Assembly (NCBI GenBank): GCA_041690135.1
Contig: JAWLHY010000016.1
Span: 1-64,000, forward strand
Origin: Armatimonadota bacterium
GTDB lineage: Bacteria; Armatimonadota; SYMT01
Direction: 5' to 3'
Length of the DNA stretch: 64,000 nt
The position numbers and the translations under genes were made by a program. The notes beneath the pieces were generated by a model. The model saw nothing but the letters and a program-made list of their open reading frames with translations, did not search any database and had not been told where the DNA came from. Positions 10,108-19,210 of this stretch are shown here, one piece after another (position 1 is the stretch's first letter; every line of letters starts with the position of its first letter).

Positions 10108-10602
10108 ATGCCAAAGCTGGAAAACGGCCAGGATATCGACATCGTGCTGCGGGATACCGAGGGGCAGGAGTGGCGCTCCCGCGATCACCTCGGCAAGATG
10201 ATCATCATCCACGCGGGACGGGGCGAGTTTTGACACACCACTCGGGGCGAGTTCGCCCTGTGGAGCACCTTCAAGCACATCATGGACACCATGAACACGG
10301 AGTTGGTGTTTATGGTCCGGGGCGGTCGGGAAGAGCATCGCCGATTCCGCGAGGAGTTCAAGATCCGTCCCCGCATTCTGGTCGATGACGACGGAGCCGT
10401 CGGGGATGCCCTCGAGATCTACCAGCCGCACCAGCAGCTTCGCGAAGACTACATGTACTACATGGCCCCGTCGGTGTTTCTCATCGACAGCAAGGGCAAG
10501 CTGTCCTGCTACTGGATTCTAAGCGGCCCCCGCGGGCGACCCAGCCCGGAAGCCCTGCTGGGGATCCTGGCCCTGGCCAAAGAGAACGACTGGACCTATT
10601 AG
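10108..10602 (+). CDS. AhpC/TSA peroxiredoxin-like protein, probable selenoprotein (UGA at codon 42)
   Basis: RBS GAGGG, ATG 10108. Frame reads MPKLENGQDIDIVLRDTEGQEWRSRDHLGKMIIIHAGRGEF-(TGA 10231)-HTTRGEFALW... into ORF 10282..10602 (PSVFLIDSKGKL, RGRP). SECIS-like hairpin follows the TGA. Confidence 0.8.
10238..10263 (+). promoter_or_regulatory. putative bacterial SECIS element
   Basis: CCAC-(UC bulge)-GGGGCG-AGUU-CGCCCU-GUGG; 16 nt between the UGA and the apical loop, GU in the loop. Confidence 0.7.
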
Positions 10603-10935
10603 AGCCTGCACCCGGCAAGAGAGGACCCGATTATTTCTTAATCGGACCACGTTCGACGGTGTGCCACGGGTTCATGACACCAGGCTTTGGATAGCGGAAG
10701 CTGTAGGGAACGTCTCGCCGTAGCGTTCCGGCGTACTGGAGGTGATCTCGATCTGCCAACTCGAAGCCGTCCTGGATCAGGACAGGACCGGATTGGCGCA
10801 ATGGGATCAGGTCCACTGCTTGCGGAATGGAACGGCGTCACATTCCCTACCGTCCGGGGTCTGCCGTGGCTGCGATGTCGTTCGCGGAAAACTCAACCGG
10901 AAACCCCGGTTGCACCACTGAATCCAGATGCGAAA

Positions 10936-10969
10936 GGGGAAGGGATAGCTCCGTGGCTATTCCCTCCCC
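10936..10969. terminator. hairpin between convergent genes
   Basis: ggggaagggatagc-tccgtg-gctattccctcccc imperfect inverted repeat. Confidence 0.4.
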
Positions 10970-11010
10970 CTACTTCCCATTGGCGGTAGGTAATCCCTAC
11001 CAGTTGCGAG

Positions 11011-11493
11011 TTAGCGGCTACCGGAAGCCATCAGCTTCTGGCGCCGTTGCTGCATCTGCTGCCCCAGTTCGTTGACCCGGTCCCCCAGCTTCCGCTTGGC
11101 GCCCGGCAGCATCTCTTCCTCTTCTTCCTCAATGTGATGCTGCACGTTCTCGCACAGCACGGTCATCTTGGCGTCGTACTGCTCGTGGTGCGGATCCATC
11201 CCGCGGAGCTCCTCGATGAGCAGGTCCACCACGTGGTGCTCCTCGATCCCCTCCGCGACGATCTCGCCGACTTCCGCTTCCGCCGCCTGCCGCGCTGCCG
11301 GATAGAAGATCTCTTCTTCCAGGGCGGAGTGGATCTCCAGTTCGTGGAAGATCTGCTCCGCCAGCTTCTGCTTCGTCTGGTACGCCCGGTCTCCGGCCTG
11401 GGAGAACTGCTTGAACAGGTCCTGCACCTTCCGGTGATCGGCAATCAATATCTCAACGGCGTCGGTGGTCCGTGTATTTGTCTTCGTCGCCAT
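11011..11493 (-). CDS. hemerythrin-like (HHE) cation-binding protein
   Basis: DAVEILIADHRKV, HSALEEEIFYP, EEHHVV, HHIEEEE. Confidence 0.9.
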   Translation of the reverse strand: MATKTNTRTTDAVEILIADHRKVQDLFKQFSQAGDRAYQTKQKLAEQIFHELEIHSALEEEIFYPAARQAAEAEVGEIVAEGIEEHHVVDLLIEELRGMDPHHEQYDAKMTVLCENVQHHIEEEEEEMLPGAKRKLGDRVNELGQQMQQRRQKLMASGSR

Positions 11494-11534
11494 GTTCTCT
11501 CCTCTCCGGCCACCCGAAGTGGCCCCGTCCGGTG

Positions 11535-11561
11535 TTTCCCGGAGCAGGAGAAAGCGGAAAC
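11535..11561 (-). promoter_or_regulatory. putative SigB/SigF-type promoter
   Basis: minus strand GTTT-N17-GGGAAA upstream of the hemerythrin gene. Confidence 0.55.
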
Positions 11562-11570
11562 GCGCAAACC

Positions 11571-12593
11571 CTACCGAATCTTCGTGGGCTTGTTGAACAG
11601 GCCCGTTTCCGTACCTTTTGCACCGACTACTTGTGCCTGGGCCGCGGTGCCGCCGGCCGGCACCCGCTGGATTCGATGGTTGCCCGTGTCGGCGATGTAT
11701 ACGTCTCCGGAATCGGTGACGGTTACCCCTTCCGGCGCCCGCACCGAGCCGACGGCGGTCCCCTTGGGCAGGAGGACGCTCCAGCCGGCCGCCGTACCGT
11801 CCGTGTTTACCTGAATCCGGGAGTTGCCGGTATCCGCCACGTAGACCCGGTTCTGTTCATCCACGTGGAGCGCCGTGGGGCGGAGCATCCGACCCACCTG
11901 GCGACCATGCGTGGCGCCCGCGAAGATCTTCGCTACGTAACGCTTGCCCGAATTGTCGAGGGTGTAATACTCGATGCGGTTGTTGCCGCAGTCGGCGATC
12001 CAGACGTCGCCGTTGGCGCTGATCGCCAACCCGGCCGGTCTTCGGACCCGCCCGACGGCACGACCCGGGCCGGCATACAGGGCCCACTCCGGCTCGAAGG
12101 TGCTGGCGCCCACGGCACATTGGACGCGGTTGTTCAGGGTATCGGCCACGAACAGGATGTCATTGGCGCCCAGGCCCTGGTCGGTCTCGTTGTAGGCCAG
12201 GCCCAGGGGGGCTTTGAAACGTCCGATCTTGCTGCCGCGGCCCCCCATCACCTCCCAGGTCGTTCCCCCATCGAGCGAGCGCTGGATGCGGTGGTTGCCG
12301 GTATCCGCCACGAAGATGCGCGTCCCCGAAGCGCTGGCCGCCACTCCACTGGGATTGAGGAATTGGCCCGGCTGTTTTCCCTTGCCGTTCCCCAGCGATT
12401 CCCAGGTAGCGCCTCCATCCGTGGAACGCTGGATACGATGGTTCTTGGTGTCGGCGACGTAGAGCACCGGACGATCGATGATCCCCTGGACTTGGAGCGG
12501 CGGGCGTGAGGCTGCGGGGACCGAGGTGGCCGTGCCCGTCATTACCAGGCCGGCCGCCACCACGGCCAATCGAAGTATGTGAGTGCCACGCAT
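11571..12593 (-). CDS. secreted NHL-repeat beta-propeller protein
   Basis: signal peptide; six (Y/F/W)(V/I)AD..N.R(I/V) repeats with G.F..P.G(V/L)A segments. Confidence 0.85.
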   Translation of the reverse strand: MRGTHILRLAVVAAGLVMTGTATSVPAASRPPLQVQGIIDRPVLYVADTKNHRIQRSTDGGATWESLGNGKGKQPGQFLNPSGVAASASGTRIFVADTGNHRIQRSLDGGTTWEVMGGRGSKIGRFKAPLGLAYNETDQGLGANDILFVADTLNNRVQCAVGASTFEPEWALYAGPGRAVGRVRRPAGLAISANGDVWIADCGNNRIEYYTLDNSGKRYVAKIFAGATHGRQVGRMLRPTALHVDEQNRVYVADTGNSRIQVNTDGTAAGWSVLLPKGTAVGSVRAPEGVTVTDSGDVYIADTGNHRIQRVPAGGTAAQAQVVGAKGTETGLFNKPTKIR

Positions 12594-12931
12594 AGCGTCA
12601 GTCTCTTTGGAAGGTTAAAAAAAGCGGGGGAGAATGGCTCCCAGATCCGGATTCACCCCACTTTGATGTCGGCTCACGCGCGGATCGAATACAGGATGCA
12701 CGCCGTCCGTTCTCCGGCCGGAACTTTTTTTGGCAAAACGGAGGAGATTGTGGTAACGGGTTGCAAAGATTCGGTAGCCCAGTTTTCGACCGCTGCTCGC
12801 ACGACCGGCCCCGACCCCTTTGTCAGGACCAACTGCCAGGGCAGGATCAAAAGCAGGGAATTACGCCTACGCCCGGAAGGGCCATTTGGGGATAGGTCCG
12901 GGTCCGGCAGTTACCCGGAAGATAGGTTACG

Positions 12932-13372
12932 ATGAGCAAGCGTCTTTATGTGGGCAACCTGCCCTACAACGTCTCCGAGCAGGATCTCCTGAACGCCTTC
13001 GCCCAGTGGGGAGCCACCTCGGCGGCCATCCCGGTGAATGACACCGGCCGCTCCAAGGGGTTCGGCTTCGTGGAAGTCTCCGATGACCAGGTGGACGCCG
13101 CGATCGCCGCGATGCACAACGCTCCGTTTGGGGGCCGCACCCTCACGGTGAATGAGGCTCGTCCGCGCGAAGATCGTCCCCGCCGGTCCGAAGGTTACGG
13201 CGGTGGCGGTGGTGGCGGCTACGGCGGTGGTGGCGGCTACGGCGGCGGTGGTGGTTACGGTGGCGGTGGCGGTTACGGCGGTGACCGCGGCGGCGATCGT
13301 GGCGGTTACGGCGGTGGCGGTGACCGCGGTGGGCGCCGGGGAGATCGACGCGGGGGCGGCGAGCGCTGGTAG
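12932..13372 (+). CDS. RRM RNA-binding protein with Gly/Arg-rich tail
   Basis: RNP2 LYVGNL; RNP1 KGFGFVE; VNEARPRE; GGGGY repeats. Confidence 0.95.
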   Translation: MSKRLYVGNLPYNVSEQDLLNAFAQWGATSAAIPVNDTGRSKGFGFVEVSDDQVDAAIAAMHNAPFGGRTLTVNEARPREDRPRRSEGYGGGGGGGYGGGGGYGGGGGYGGGGGYGGDRGGDRGGYGGGGDRGGRRGDRRGGGERW

Positions 13373-13393
13373 TATCGACGCTTTAGGAAACCA

Positions 13394-13423
13394 GGCCGCA
13401 GGCGGCCCGATTCGCCTGCGGCC
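13394..13423. terminator. 11-bp hairpin after RRM gene
   Basis: ggccgcaggcg-gcccgatt-cgcctgcggcc; no U-tract. Confidence 0.45.
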
Positions 13424-13597
13424 CGGTCGCCTGTACCTGTCGCACTGTTCAGATACGGTCGTTTGGTTTATAATGGCGACCGTTGAGGGAAGTACGGCCC
13501 AGGCATGGCTTTCCGCATACTCGCGGAAGCTCGCAACAACGCTCGACCGGATTCCGGGCCAAGGTACCCGGCGAGCAGGAGAGGATGATCAGACTAT

Positions 13598-13816
13598 ATG
13601 CCGCGTGAGGATATGATTACCGTCGAGGGCGTGGTTGTGCAGCGACTGCCCGCGGCGGAATTCAAGATTGAATTACCGACCGGACACACGATTACCGGAT
13701 ACCTTTCCGGGAAAACTCGCCGGAACTTTATCCGGATTCTGCAGGGCGACCGCGTCCGCGTGGAGCTCTCCCCATACGACCTGACTCGGGGTCGCATCGT
13801 CTACCGGCTCAAGTAG
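13598..13816 (+). CDS. infA: translation initiation factor IF-1
   Basis: 72 aa; [12 protein letters not shown]...F..EL..GH...[32 protein letters not shown]; outside a ribosomal operon, so possibly a second copy. Confidence 0.95.
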   Translation: MPREDMITVEGVVVQRLPAAEFKIELPTGHTITGYLSGKTRRNFIRILQGDRVRVELSPYDLTRGRIVYRLK

Positions 13817-14037
13817 CGGCCGGCAGACATCCTCGCCGCTTCCAGTACGACCTGGAAGTGGGTGCCCTTCCGGCCCAGCGCACCGCACTGGGCTTTCGTG
13901 TTCTTGCGCCTCTCTCACTCTCCCGCATACGCCATGGGTGCGTTGGGGCAGCCGCACGTGTCGGCATGCCTCCGCGGAGTTTCAGGGTGAGAAAACAGAT
14001 GCAACAAGCATGGGTAGAAGCTGCGTCTCACATAATA

Positions 14038-14061
14038 GGTAAAACTGGTACTCCTTTTACC
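14038..14061. promoter_or_regulatory. putative Rrf2 operator palindrome
   Basis: GGTAAAA-N10-TTTTACC between a -10-like CATAAT (14031-14036) and the rrf2 ATG. Confidence 0.6.
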
Positions 14062-14069
14062 GCATTTCT

Positions 14070-14516
14070 ATGATCAGGCTCAACCTCGCCACCGACTACG
14101 CCTTGCGAACTCTGCTATACCTGGCAACTCAGCCGGGCAAACAGATCTCGACCCGCGAGATTGCCGAGTTCCACGGCATTTCCACCGACCACGTCAGCAA
14201 GGTGGTTCAGCACCTGGTGCACGCGGGCTACCTTCGAGCCGAGCGTGGGCGGCACGGTGGGCTGCGGCTGGCGCGGCCCGCGGAACAGGTCTCGGTGGGC
14301 GACGTGGTGGAGTTGTTCGAAGGCCCCGTTGCGCTGCTGGATTGCGTGAGCACCTCCGATGTGTGCGTCATTCAACCGGCCTGCCGCCTCCGGCGGGTGC
14401 TCGACCGCGCCGGCACTCGCCTGATCATGGAACTGCGTAAGGTAACCCTGGCTGACTTGATCGCCCCGCCCGCCGGGGAGCTGGTGCAGCTTGGGGAGAT
14501 GAGTGCCGAAGCCTAA
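14070..14516 (+). CDS. Rrf2-family Fe-S transcriptional regulator (NsrR-like)
   Basis: TDYALRTLLYLA, RG.HGGLRLARP; three Cys in DCVSTSDVCVIQPAC. Confidence 0.92.
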   Translation: MIRLNLATDYALRTLLYLATQPGKQISTREIAEFHGISTDHVSKVVQHLVHAGYLRAERGRHGGLRLARPAEQVSVGDVVELFEGPVALLDCVSTSDVCVIQPACRLRRVLDRAGTRLIMELRKVTLADLIAPPAGELVQLGEMSAEA

Positions 14517-14571
14517 CAACACCGTAGACGGGACAAAGTTGCCCCCTACCAGCCTCTGGAGACGCAGACCC

Positions 14572-15105
14572 ATGAATCGATCGAAGCTTTCCTGGGCGGT
14601 GCTTGCCGCCTCCGCCGCTGGCGTTATCGCCAGCATCTCGGTCGCCAGCCAGGCGACCGGGGCTGAAGAGCCGGTCGCTCCGAAGAAAATGACCCTGGAA
14701 CAGGCCCGGCGGACCGTGTCGATGCTGAACGATCTCTACGTCAACTCGGTGGTCGTGACGCACAGCACTTACGTTAAGGACCCGGGCACGCCGGCAGCGG
14801 CCGTAGTGGCACGCAAGGTATTCGAGGCGATGGCGGAGAAGGGCTGGCCCAAGACGCGCTGGCTCTCCACCACGGGTCGGCAATTCAACCCCGACGCAAA
14901 GCCGAAAGACCAGTTCGAGAAGGACGCGGTGGTGGCGCTTAAGAAGGGGCAGGCGCGGTTCGAGCGCGTGGAGAACGGCCAACTCCGCGTGGCCACCCTT
15001 ATTCCGCTGGTGGATAAGAGCTGCCAGATGTGCCACACCAAGGACAAGGTCGGCGATCCTATCGGCGGCCTCTCCTATACCATCGACCTGATCGGCAAGA
15101 AGTAA
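14572..15105 (+). CDS. exported c-type heme protein (DUF3365/Tll0287-like)
   Basis: signal peptide; FNPDAKPKDQFEKDA; CQMCH; GDPIGGLSY; RBS GGAG. Confidence 0.8.
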   Translation: MNRSKLSWAVLAASAAGVIASISVASQATGAEEPVAPKKMTLEQARRTVSMLNDLYVNSVVVTHSTYVKDPGTPAAAVVARKVFEAMAEKGWPKTRWLSTTGRQFNPDAKPKDQFEKDAVVALKKGQARFERVENGQLRVATLIPLVDKSCQMCHTKDKVGDPIGGLSYTIDLIGKK

Positions 15106-15147
15106 GCGTCTGCGTTGCAGGTGAGCCGCTTCGACAGGAGGAGTGGG

Positions 15148-15684
15148 ATGAGGAACGCACGCTTGGCTGTGGCGGTTGCCGGGGGAGTCGCTCTCCCGGC
15201 GCTGCTCTTCACGACCGTCCTGGCGGGCAACCCCGCGACCGCCGCGCCTCCAGCTCCTGTGCGCCTGGAACTGGAAGAGGCACGCCGCACCGTCCGGCTG
15301 ATGAACGACATCTACGTGACCGGGGTGCTCGTTACGCACGACATGTATGTGAAGGATCCCGGCAATCCCGCGGCTGTGAGTTGGGGGAAGCAGGTGATCC
15401 GCCAGATTCGCGCTAAAGGCTGGCCGGACGCCCACATCTTCGATACAACCGGACGCCCGTTAAATCCCGAGAACAACCCACAGAACCCCTTCGAGAAAGC
15501 GGCCGTGGCTGCTTTCAAGTCCGGTAAGAGCAGCTATGAAGAGGTCTCGGCGGAGTCCTACCGGTACGCGACGAGCATTCGGATGACCGACGAGAGCTGC
15601 CTGACGTGCCACGTGCGGGCCAAAGTGGGCGATCTGGTGGGAGGGATCAGTTACCTCGCGCCGCTAAAGCCCGCTCGGCGGTAG
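15148..15684 (+). CDS. exported c-type heme protein (DUF3365/Tll0287-like), paralog
   Basis: RBS AGGAGG; signal peptide; LNPENNPQNPFEKAA; CLTCH; GDLVGGISY. Confidence 0.8.
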   Translation: MRNARLAVAVAGGVALPALLFTTVLAGNPATAAPPAPVRLELEEARRTVRLMNDIYVTGVLVTHDMYVKDPGNPAAVSWGKQVIRQIRAKGWPDAHIFDTTGRPLNPENNPQNPFEKAAVAAFKSGKSSYEEVSAESYRYATSIRMTDESCLTCHVRAKVGDLVGGISYLAPLKPARR

Positions 15685-15802
15685 CCGCCTGAAACCGGTA
15701 GTAGCCAGCGGTGACCGCCGGTGACCGCCGGAAGGAAATGCATACTCCCCTTGCCAAACTGCCTCCATGCTCCGGTGAAATGCACGGGAGCATGGAGGCA
15801 CG

Positions 15803-16648
15803 ATGGCATACGCACAGCGAGTGGATGGACGCAAAAAGGTCCGTCTGGCGGAGATCGACCCCCACGTCGACGGCGGGCTGAGTAAAGCCCAGGGCAAGCT
15901 GGAGCTTCAACAACTCGGGCAGGAGTTCGCCGAGCTCGAAGATCTCCTCTTCTACGCCAGCCACCACTCGCTGTTGATCATCCTCCAGGGGCGCGATACC
16001 GCGGGGAAAGACGGTGCGATCCGGCGAGTGCTGGAATTCAGCAACGCCCAATCGATCCGGGTCGTGCCGTTCAAGGTCCCTACGCCCCGGGAGCTGGCTC
16101 ACGACTTTCTCTGGCGCGTTCACCCGCATGCACCCGGACGGGGGATGACCGCCATCTTCAATCGCTCCCATTATGAGGACGTGCTGGTGAGCCGGGTCCG
16201 CGGGCTCGTTCCCCCGGAAGTGTGGGAGCGCCGGTACCAGCACATCAACCACTTCGAATCCCTGCTCCACGATAGCAACACGCTGATCCTCAAGTTCTAC
16301 CTGCACATCAGCAAGGAAGAACAGGAGCGGCGCCTCCTCGATCGAGAGAAGGAGACGGAGAAGGCCTGGAAACTTTCCGTCCAGGACTGGAAGGAGCGGG
16401 AGTACTGGGATGCCTACACCGCGGCCTACGAAGACGCCATCAACCGCTGCGCCACCCCGCACGCTCCCTGGTACGTGGTGCCTGCGGACCGGAAGTGGTA
16501 TCGGGACCTGGCGGTGATGCAGCGCATCGTCGAGGAGTTGCGGCCGCACCGGGAAACCTGGCTGCAAACTCTCCGCAAGATCGGTGACCAGGCGCTCGTG
16601 GAGCTACGGGCTTACCGCCAGTCACTCCAGGGCGGTGGCGGCGACTAG
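15803..16648 (+). CDS. ppk2: polyphosphate kinase 2 family (class III-like)
   Basis: LQGRDTAGKDG, FKVPT..ELAHDFLWR, FNRSHYEDVL, KFYLHISKEEQ, APWYVVPADRKWYR. Confidence 0.93.
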   Translation: MAYAQRVDGRKKVRLAEIDPHVDGGLSKAQGKLELQQLGQEFAELEDLLFYASHHSLLIILQGRDTAGKDGAIRRVLEFSNAQSIRVVPFKVPTPRELAHDFLWRVHPHAPGRGMTAIFNRSHYEDVLVSRVRGLVPPEVWERRYQHINHFESLLHDSNTLILKFYLHISKEEQERRLLDREKETEKAWKLSVQDWKEREYWDAYTAAYEDAINRCATPHAPWYVVPADRKWYRDLAVMQRIVEELRPHRETWLQTLRKIGDQALVELRAYRQSLQGGGGD

Positions 16649-17866
16649 GCGTGGGGAGGGAAAGGCGGCGGTGCGCGCGGCGGAGAAGAGGTCCTGGGCC
16701 GTGCGTCCGCTGTCCGGGAAGGTGGCCGATGCGGCATGCACCGGGCCTCCAATGATCTGATGGAGATGCTCGGCCAGCCGCACCGCTACCTGGCCGGCAA
16801 CCGTCCCCGTGTTCGGAAGGATTACCGTAAATTCGCGGTGGCCCGTGCGCGAAGGCACGTCCGCCTTGCGAATTCTCCGGCGCAAAGTTTGCGCGGCTTC
16901 GCGCACTACGTCTTCCGGACAATCGGCCGGTAGTTGCAGGCAGCAGACCGAGACGGACTGCCCTTCCCGCTGTGCCCGGCTGATTTCCTCATTCAGACGC
17001 CGGTCAAAATATTCCTTACCGTATAGCCCCGTCGATTCGTCCAGCACGGTTTCGTCGGGGGGGACGTCATTTGGGTGCCCCGCGGTGATCCGCTCGTGCG
17101 GTAATCGCTCGCGCATGTGCTTGAGCCCGTTCCGGAGCACGTAGCCAGCGTAGTTCACCGAAATGCCCAGGGCCCGCGCAATCTCACTCTGGTTGTTGTC
17201 CTGGAAGAAGAAGCGGCGAAGCACCTGCTGCTCGAGGTCCTTGAGCTTACAGAGGGCGTTCTCCAGCATCACGCGATCTTCGATCGGCAGCTCGAAAGTT
17301 ACGTAGTCGCGACTGCGGAACTTCTCCGGGTCGACTTCCATGAAGTCGTCGTCCCCGTCGTCGCTCCGGGTCTCCATCCGGAGGACCTGGACCGCTTGCC
17401 GGGCCGCGAACAACTCTTCCACGCCCTCCTCGGAGATGTTAGCCGCCCGAGCGATCTCCTCCACCGTGGGAGGGCGGTGCAGCCGCTGCTCCAATTCGGC
17501 GGAAATGCGCTGGACCTTGCTGTTGAGCTCCTGCAGCCATGCAGGCTGACGGATGAGATGCCCGCGATCCCGGAGGTAGTGTCGGATTTGCCCGGCAATG
17601 AGGTGGGTGGCAAAGGTGCTGAAGCGCGTGCCTCGCCCCGGCGTGTAGCGGTCCACCGCACGCACCAGGCCCACGTAACCTTCGCTCTCCAGGTCTTCCA
17701 GGGGTTCCCGTCCGGCAAACTTGCGGGCGATCGATCGCACCAGCGGACGCATGTGCTCGACGACTGCGTCGCGGATACGCCCGTCTCCGGTTCGCTGGTA
17801 CTCCGCCAGGAGCTCCGCCACCCGGGCATCGCTATAGGTCTGTCGGTCGCCCCGTCGTTCCAGCAT
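16622..17866 (-). CDS. SigB/SigF-type RNA polymerase sigma factor fused to a degenerate GGDEF domain
   Basis: regions 2-4: EDLESEGYVGLVRAVDRY..GRGTRFSTFA..I.GQIRHYLRD, RPPTVEEIA, NQSEIARALGIS; C-terminal DESTGLY..YFDRRLNEEISRAQR...RKADVPSRTGHREFTVILPNT. Confidence 0.88.
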   Translation of the reverse strand: MLERRGDRQTYSDARVAELLAEYQRTGDGRIRDAVVEHMRPLVRSIARKFAGREPLEDLESEGYVGLVRAVDRYTPGRGTRFSTFATHLIAGQIRHYLRDRGHLIRQPAWLQELNSKVQRISAELEQRLHRPPTVEEIARAANISEEGVEELFAARQAVQVLRMETRSDDGDDDFMEVDPEKFRSRDYVTFELPIEDRVMLENALCKLKDLEQQVLRRFFFQDNNQSEIARALGISVNYAGYVLRNGLKHMRERLPHERITAGHPNDVPPDETVLDESTGLYGKEYFDRRLNEEISRAQREGQSVSVCCLQLPADCPEDVVREAAQTLRRRIRKADVPSRTGHREFTVILPNTGTVAGQVAVRLAEHLHQIIGGPVHAASATFPDSGRTAQDLFSAARTAAFPSPRLVAATALE

Positions 17867-17992
17867 ATCCCTCTCGCCGCGCCTGCCCGGTCCGAAGACC
17901 GGATCCGGGGGCAGGGCTCAACATGCCAGGAGAGCCCTGCCCTGTTCCTCATCCAAACAAGGAGTTACAGCAACCGAGTTGCCGTGTCACTC

Positions 17993-19210
17993 CTACTTCT
18001 GGATGGCATTGATCAGGGTGAACATCGGCACCATAATCGAGCCGACGATGAAGCCGACGATCCCGCCCAGGAAGATGATGAGCGCCGGTTCGATGAGAGA
18101 GGTGAGCGCCTTGACGGCCACGTCCACCTCGTTGTCGTAGAAGGTAGCCACCTTCACAAGCATTTCGCTCATGCGTCCGGTTTCCTCGCCGATGTCCATC
18201 ATCTGCGTGACCATCTGCGGGAACCAGCCGCTTGCCGCCAGCGGAGCGCTGATTCGCTGCCCTTCCCGCACGCTGGCGCGGGCTTCTTCCACGGCCCGGG
18301 CGATGACGACGTTGCCGGCGGTCTCGGCCACAATCTCCAGGGCGCGCAGCACGGGGACGCCGCTGTTCACCAGCGTGCCCAGGGTGCGACTGAACCGGGA
18401 GATGGCCATCTTCAGCACCAGCTCGCCGATGACCGGAATGCGGAGTTTGAGCTTATCGAGGTTCCAATGCCCCTGCTCGGTGCGGTAGTACGCCTTCACC
18501 CCCATCACGGTGCCGAAGGGAATGAGCAGCAGCAAGTACCAGTGTGCGCGGATGAAGTCGCTGATCATGAACAGCATTTTCGTGATCAGCGGCAGTTCCG
18601 TACCGGAATCTCGGAAGATGTCCTTGAAGGTCGGAAGCACGAAGATGAACATCGCGATGACCATCAGGATCGCGAAGACCAGGACGCAGACGGGGTAGAC
18701 CATCGCGCCCTTGATGCGTCCGATCACCTCCTGCTCTTTTTCCAGGAAGGTCGCGAGGCGGTCGAGGATCAAGTCGAGGATACCGCCGACCTCGGCCGCG
18801 CGCACCATGCTGATGAACAACTTCGAGAAGACCTTGGGGTGCTTGCTGAGCGCGTCCGTGAGGCTCGAGCCGCCCACCACGTCCTTGCGGAGTTCGGTGA
18901 TGACCGGTTTGAGGACCGGGTCTTTGGTCTGGGCCTCGAGGATGTCGAGACACTTCAGGATATTGATGCCGGCGTTCACCATCGTAGCGAACTGCCGACT
19001 GAAGATGACGAGCGAGTTCAGCTTGACTTTGCCGCCCGCCTTCGCCCCGAAAAGCGACGACCCACCCGAGGCGCGACTTTCGGCGACGTCGACCACGGTG
19101 TAGTTCAGGGTCTGCAATTTGCTGAGCACAATCGCGGCGTTTTCGGCGTCAATCTTGCCCTTGACGACCCTTCCGCTCGGCTCCACGGCTTCATATGTAA
19201 ACGAGGGCAT
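17993..19210 (-). CDS. pilC: type IV pilus platform protein PilC (GspF family)
   Basis: FSRQFATMVNAG, MVRAAEVGG.LD.IL.RLA, YP, FSRTLGTLVNSGVP, GEETG.M..ML, LIEP. Confidence 0.95.
   Translation of the reverse strand: MPSFTYEAVEPSGRVVKGKIDAENAAIVLSKLQTLNYTVVDVAESRASGGSSLFGAKAGGKVKLNSLVIFSRQFATMVNAGINILKCLDILEAQTKDPVLKPVITELRKDVVGGSSLTDALSKHPKVFSKLFISMVRAAEVGGILDLILDRLATFLEKEQEVIGRIKGAMVYPVCVLVFAILMVIAMFIFVLPTFKDIFRDSGTELPLITKMLFMISDFIRAHWYLLLLIPFGTVMGVKAYYRTEQGHWNLDKLKLRIPVIGELVLKMAISRFSRTLGTLVNSGVPVLRALEIVAETAGNVVIARAVEEARASVREGQRISAPLAASGWFPQMVTQMMDIGEETGRMSEMLVKVATFYDNEVDVAVKALTSLIEPALIIFLGGIVGFIVGSIMVPMFTLINAIQK

Noticed and set aside
10631-10989. Short ORFs between the selenoprotein and hemerythrin genes
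   Set aside because: No RBS or motif support; a gene remnant cannot be excluded.
12856-12861. GGGAAT upstream of the RRM gene as a SigB-type -10 box
   Set aside because: No GTTT-like -35 box at 15-17 nt.
13195-13330. GGYGGY low-complexity DNA repeats
   Set aside because: They encode the ordinary Gly-rich tail of the RRM protein.
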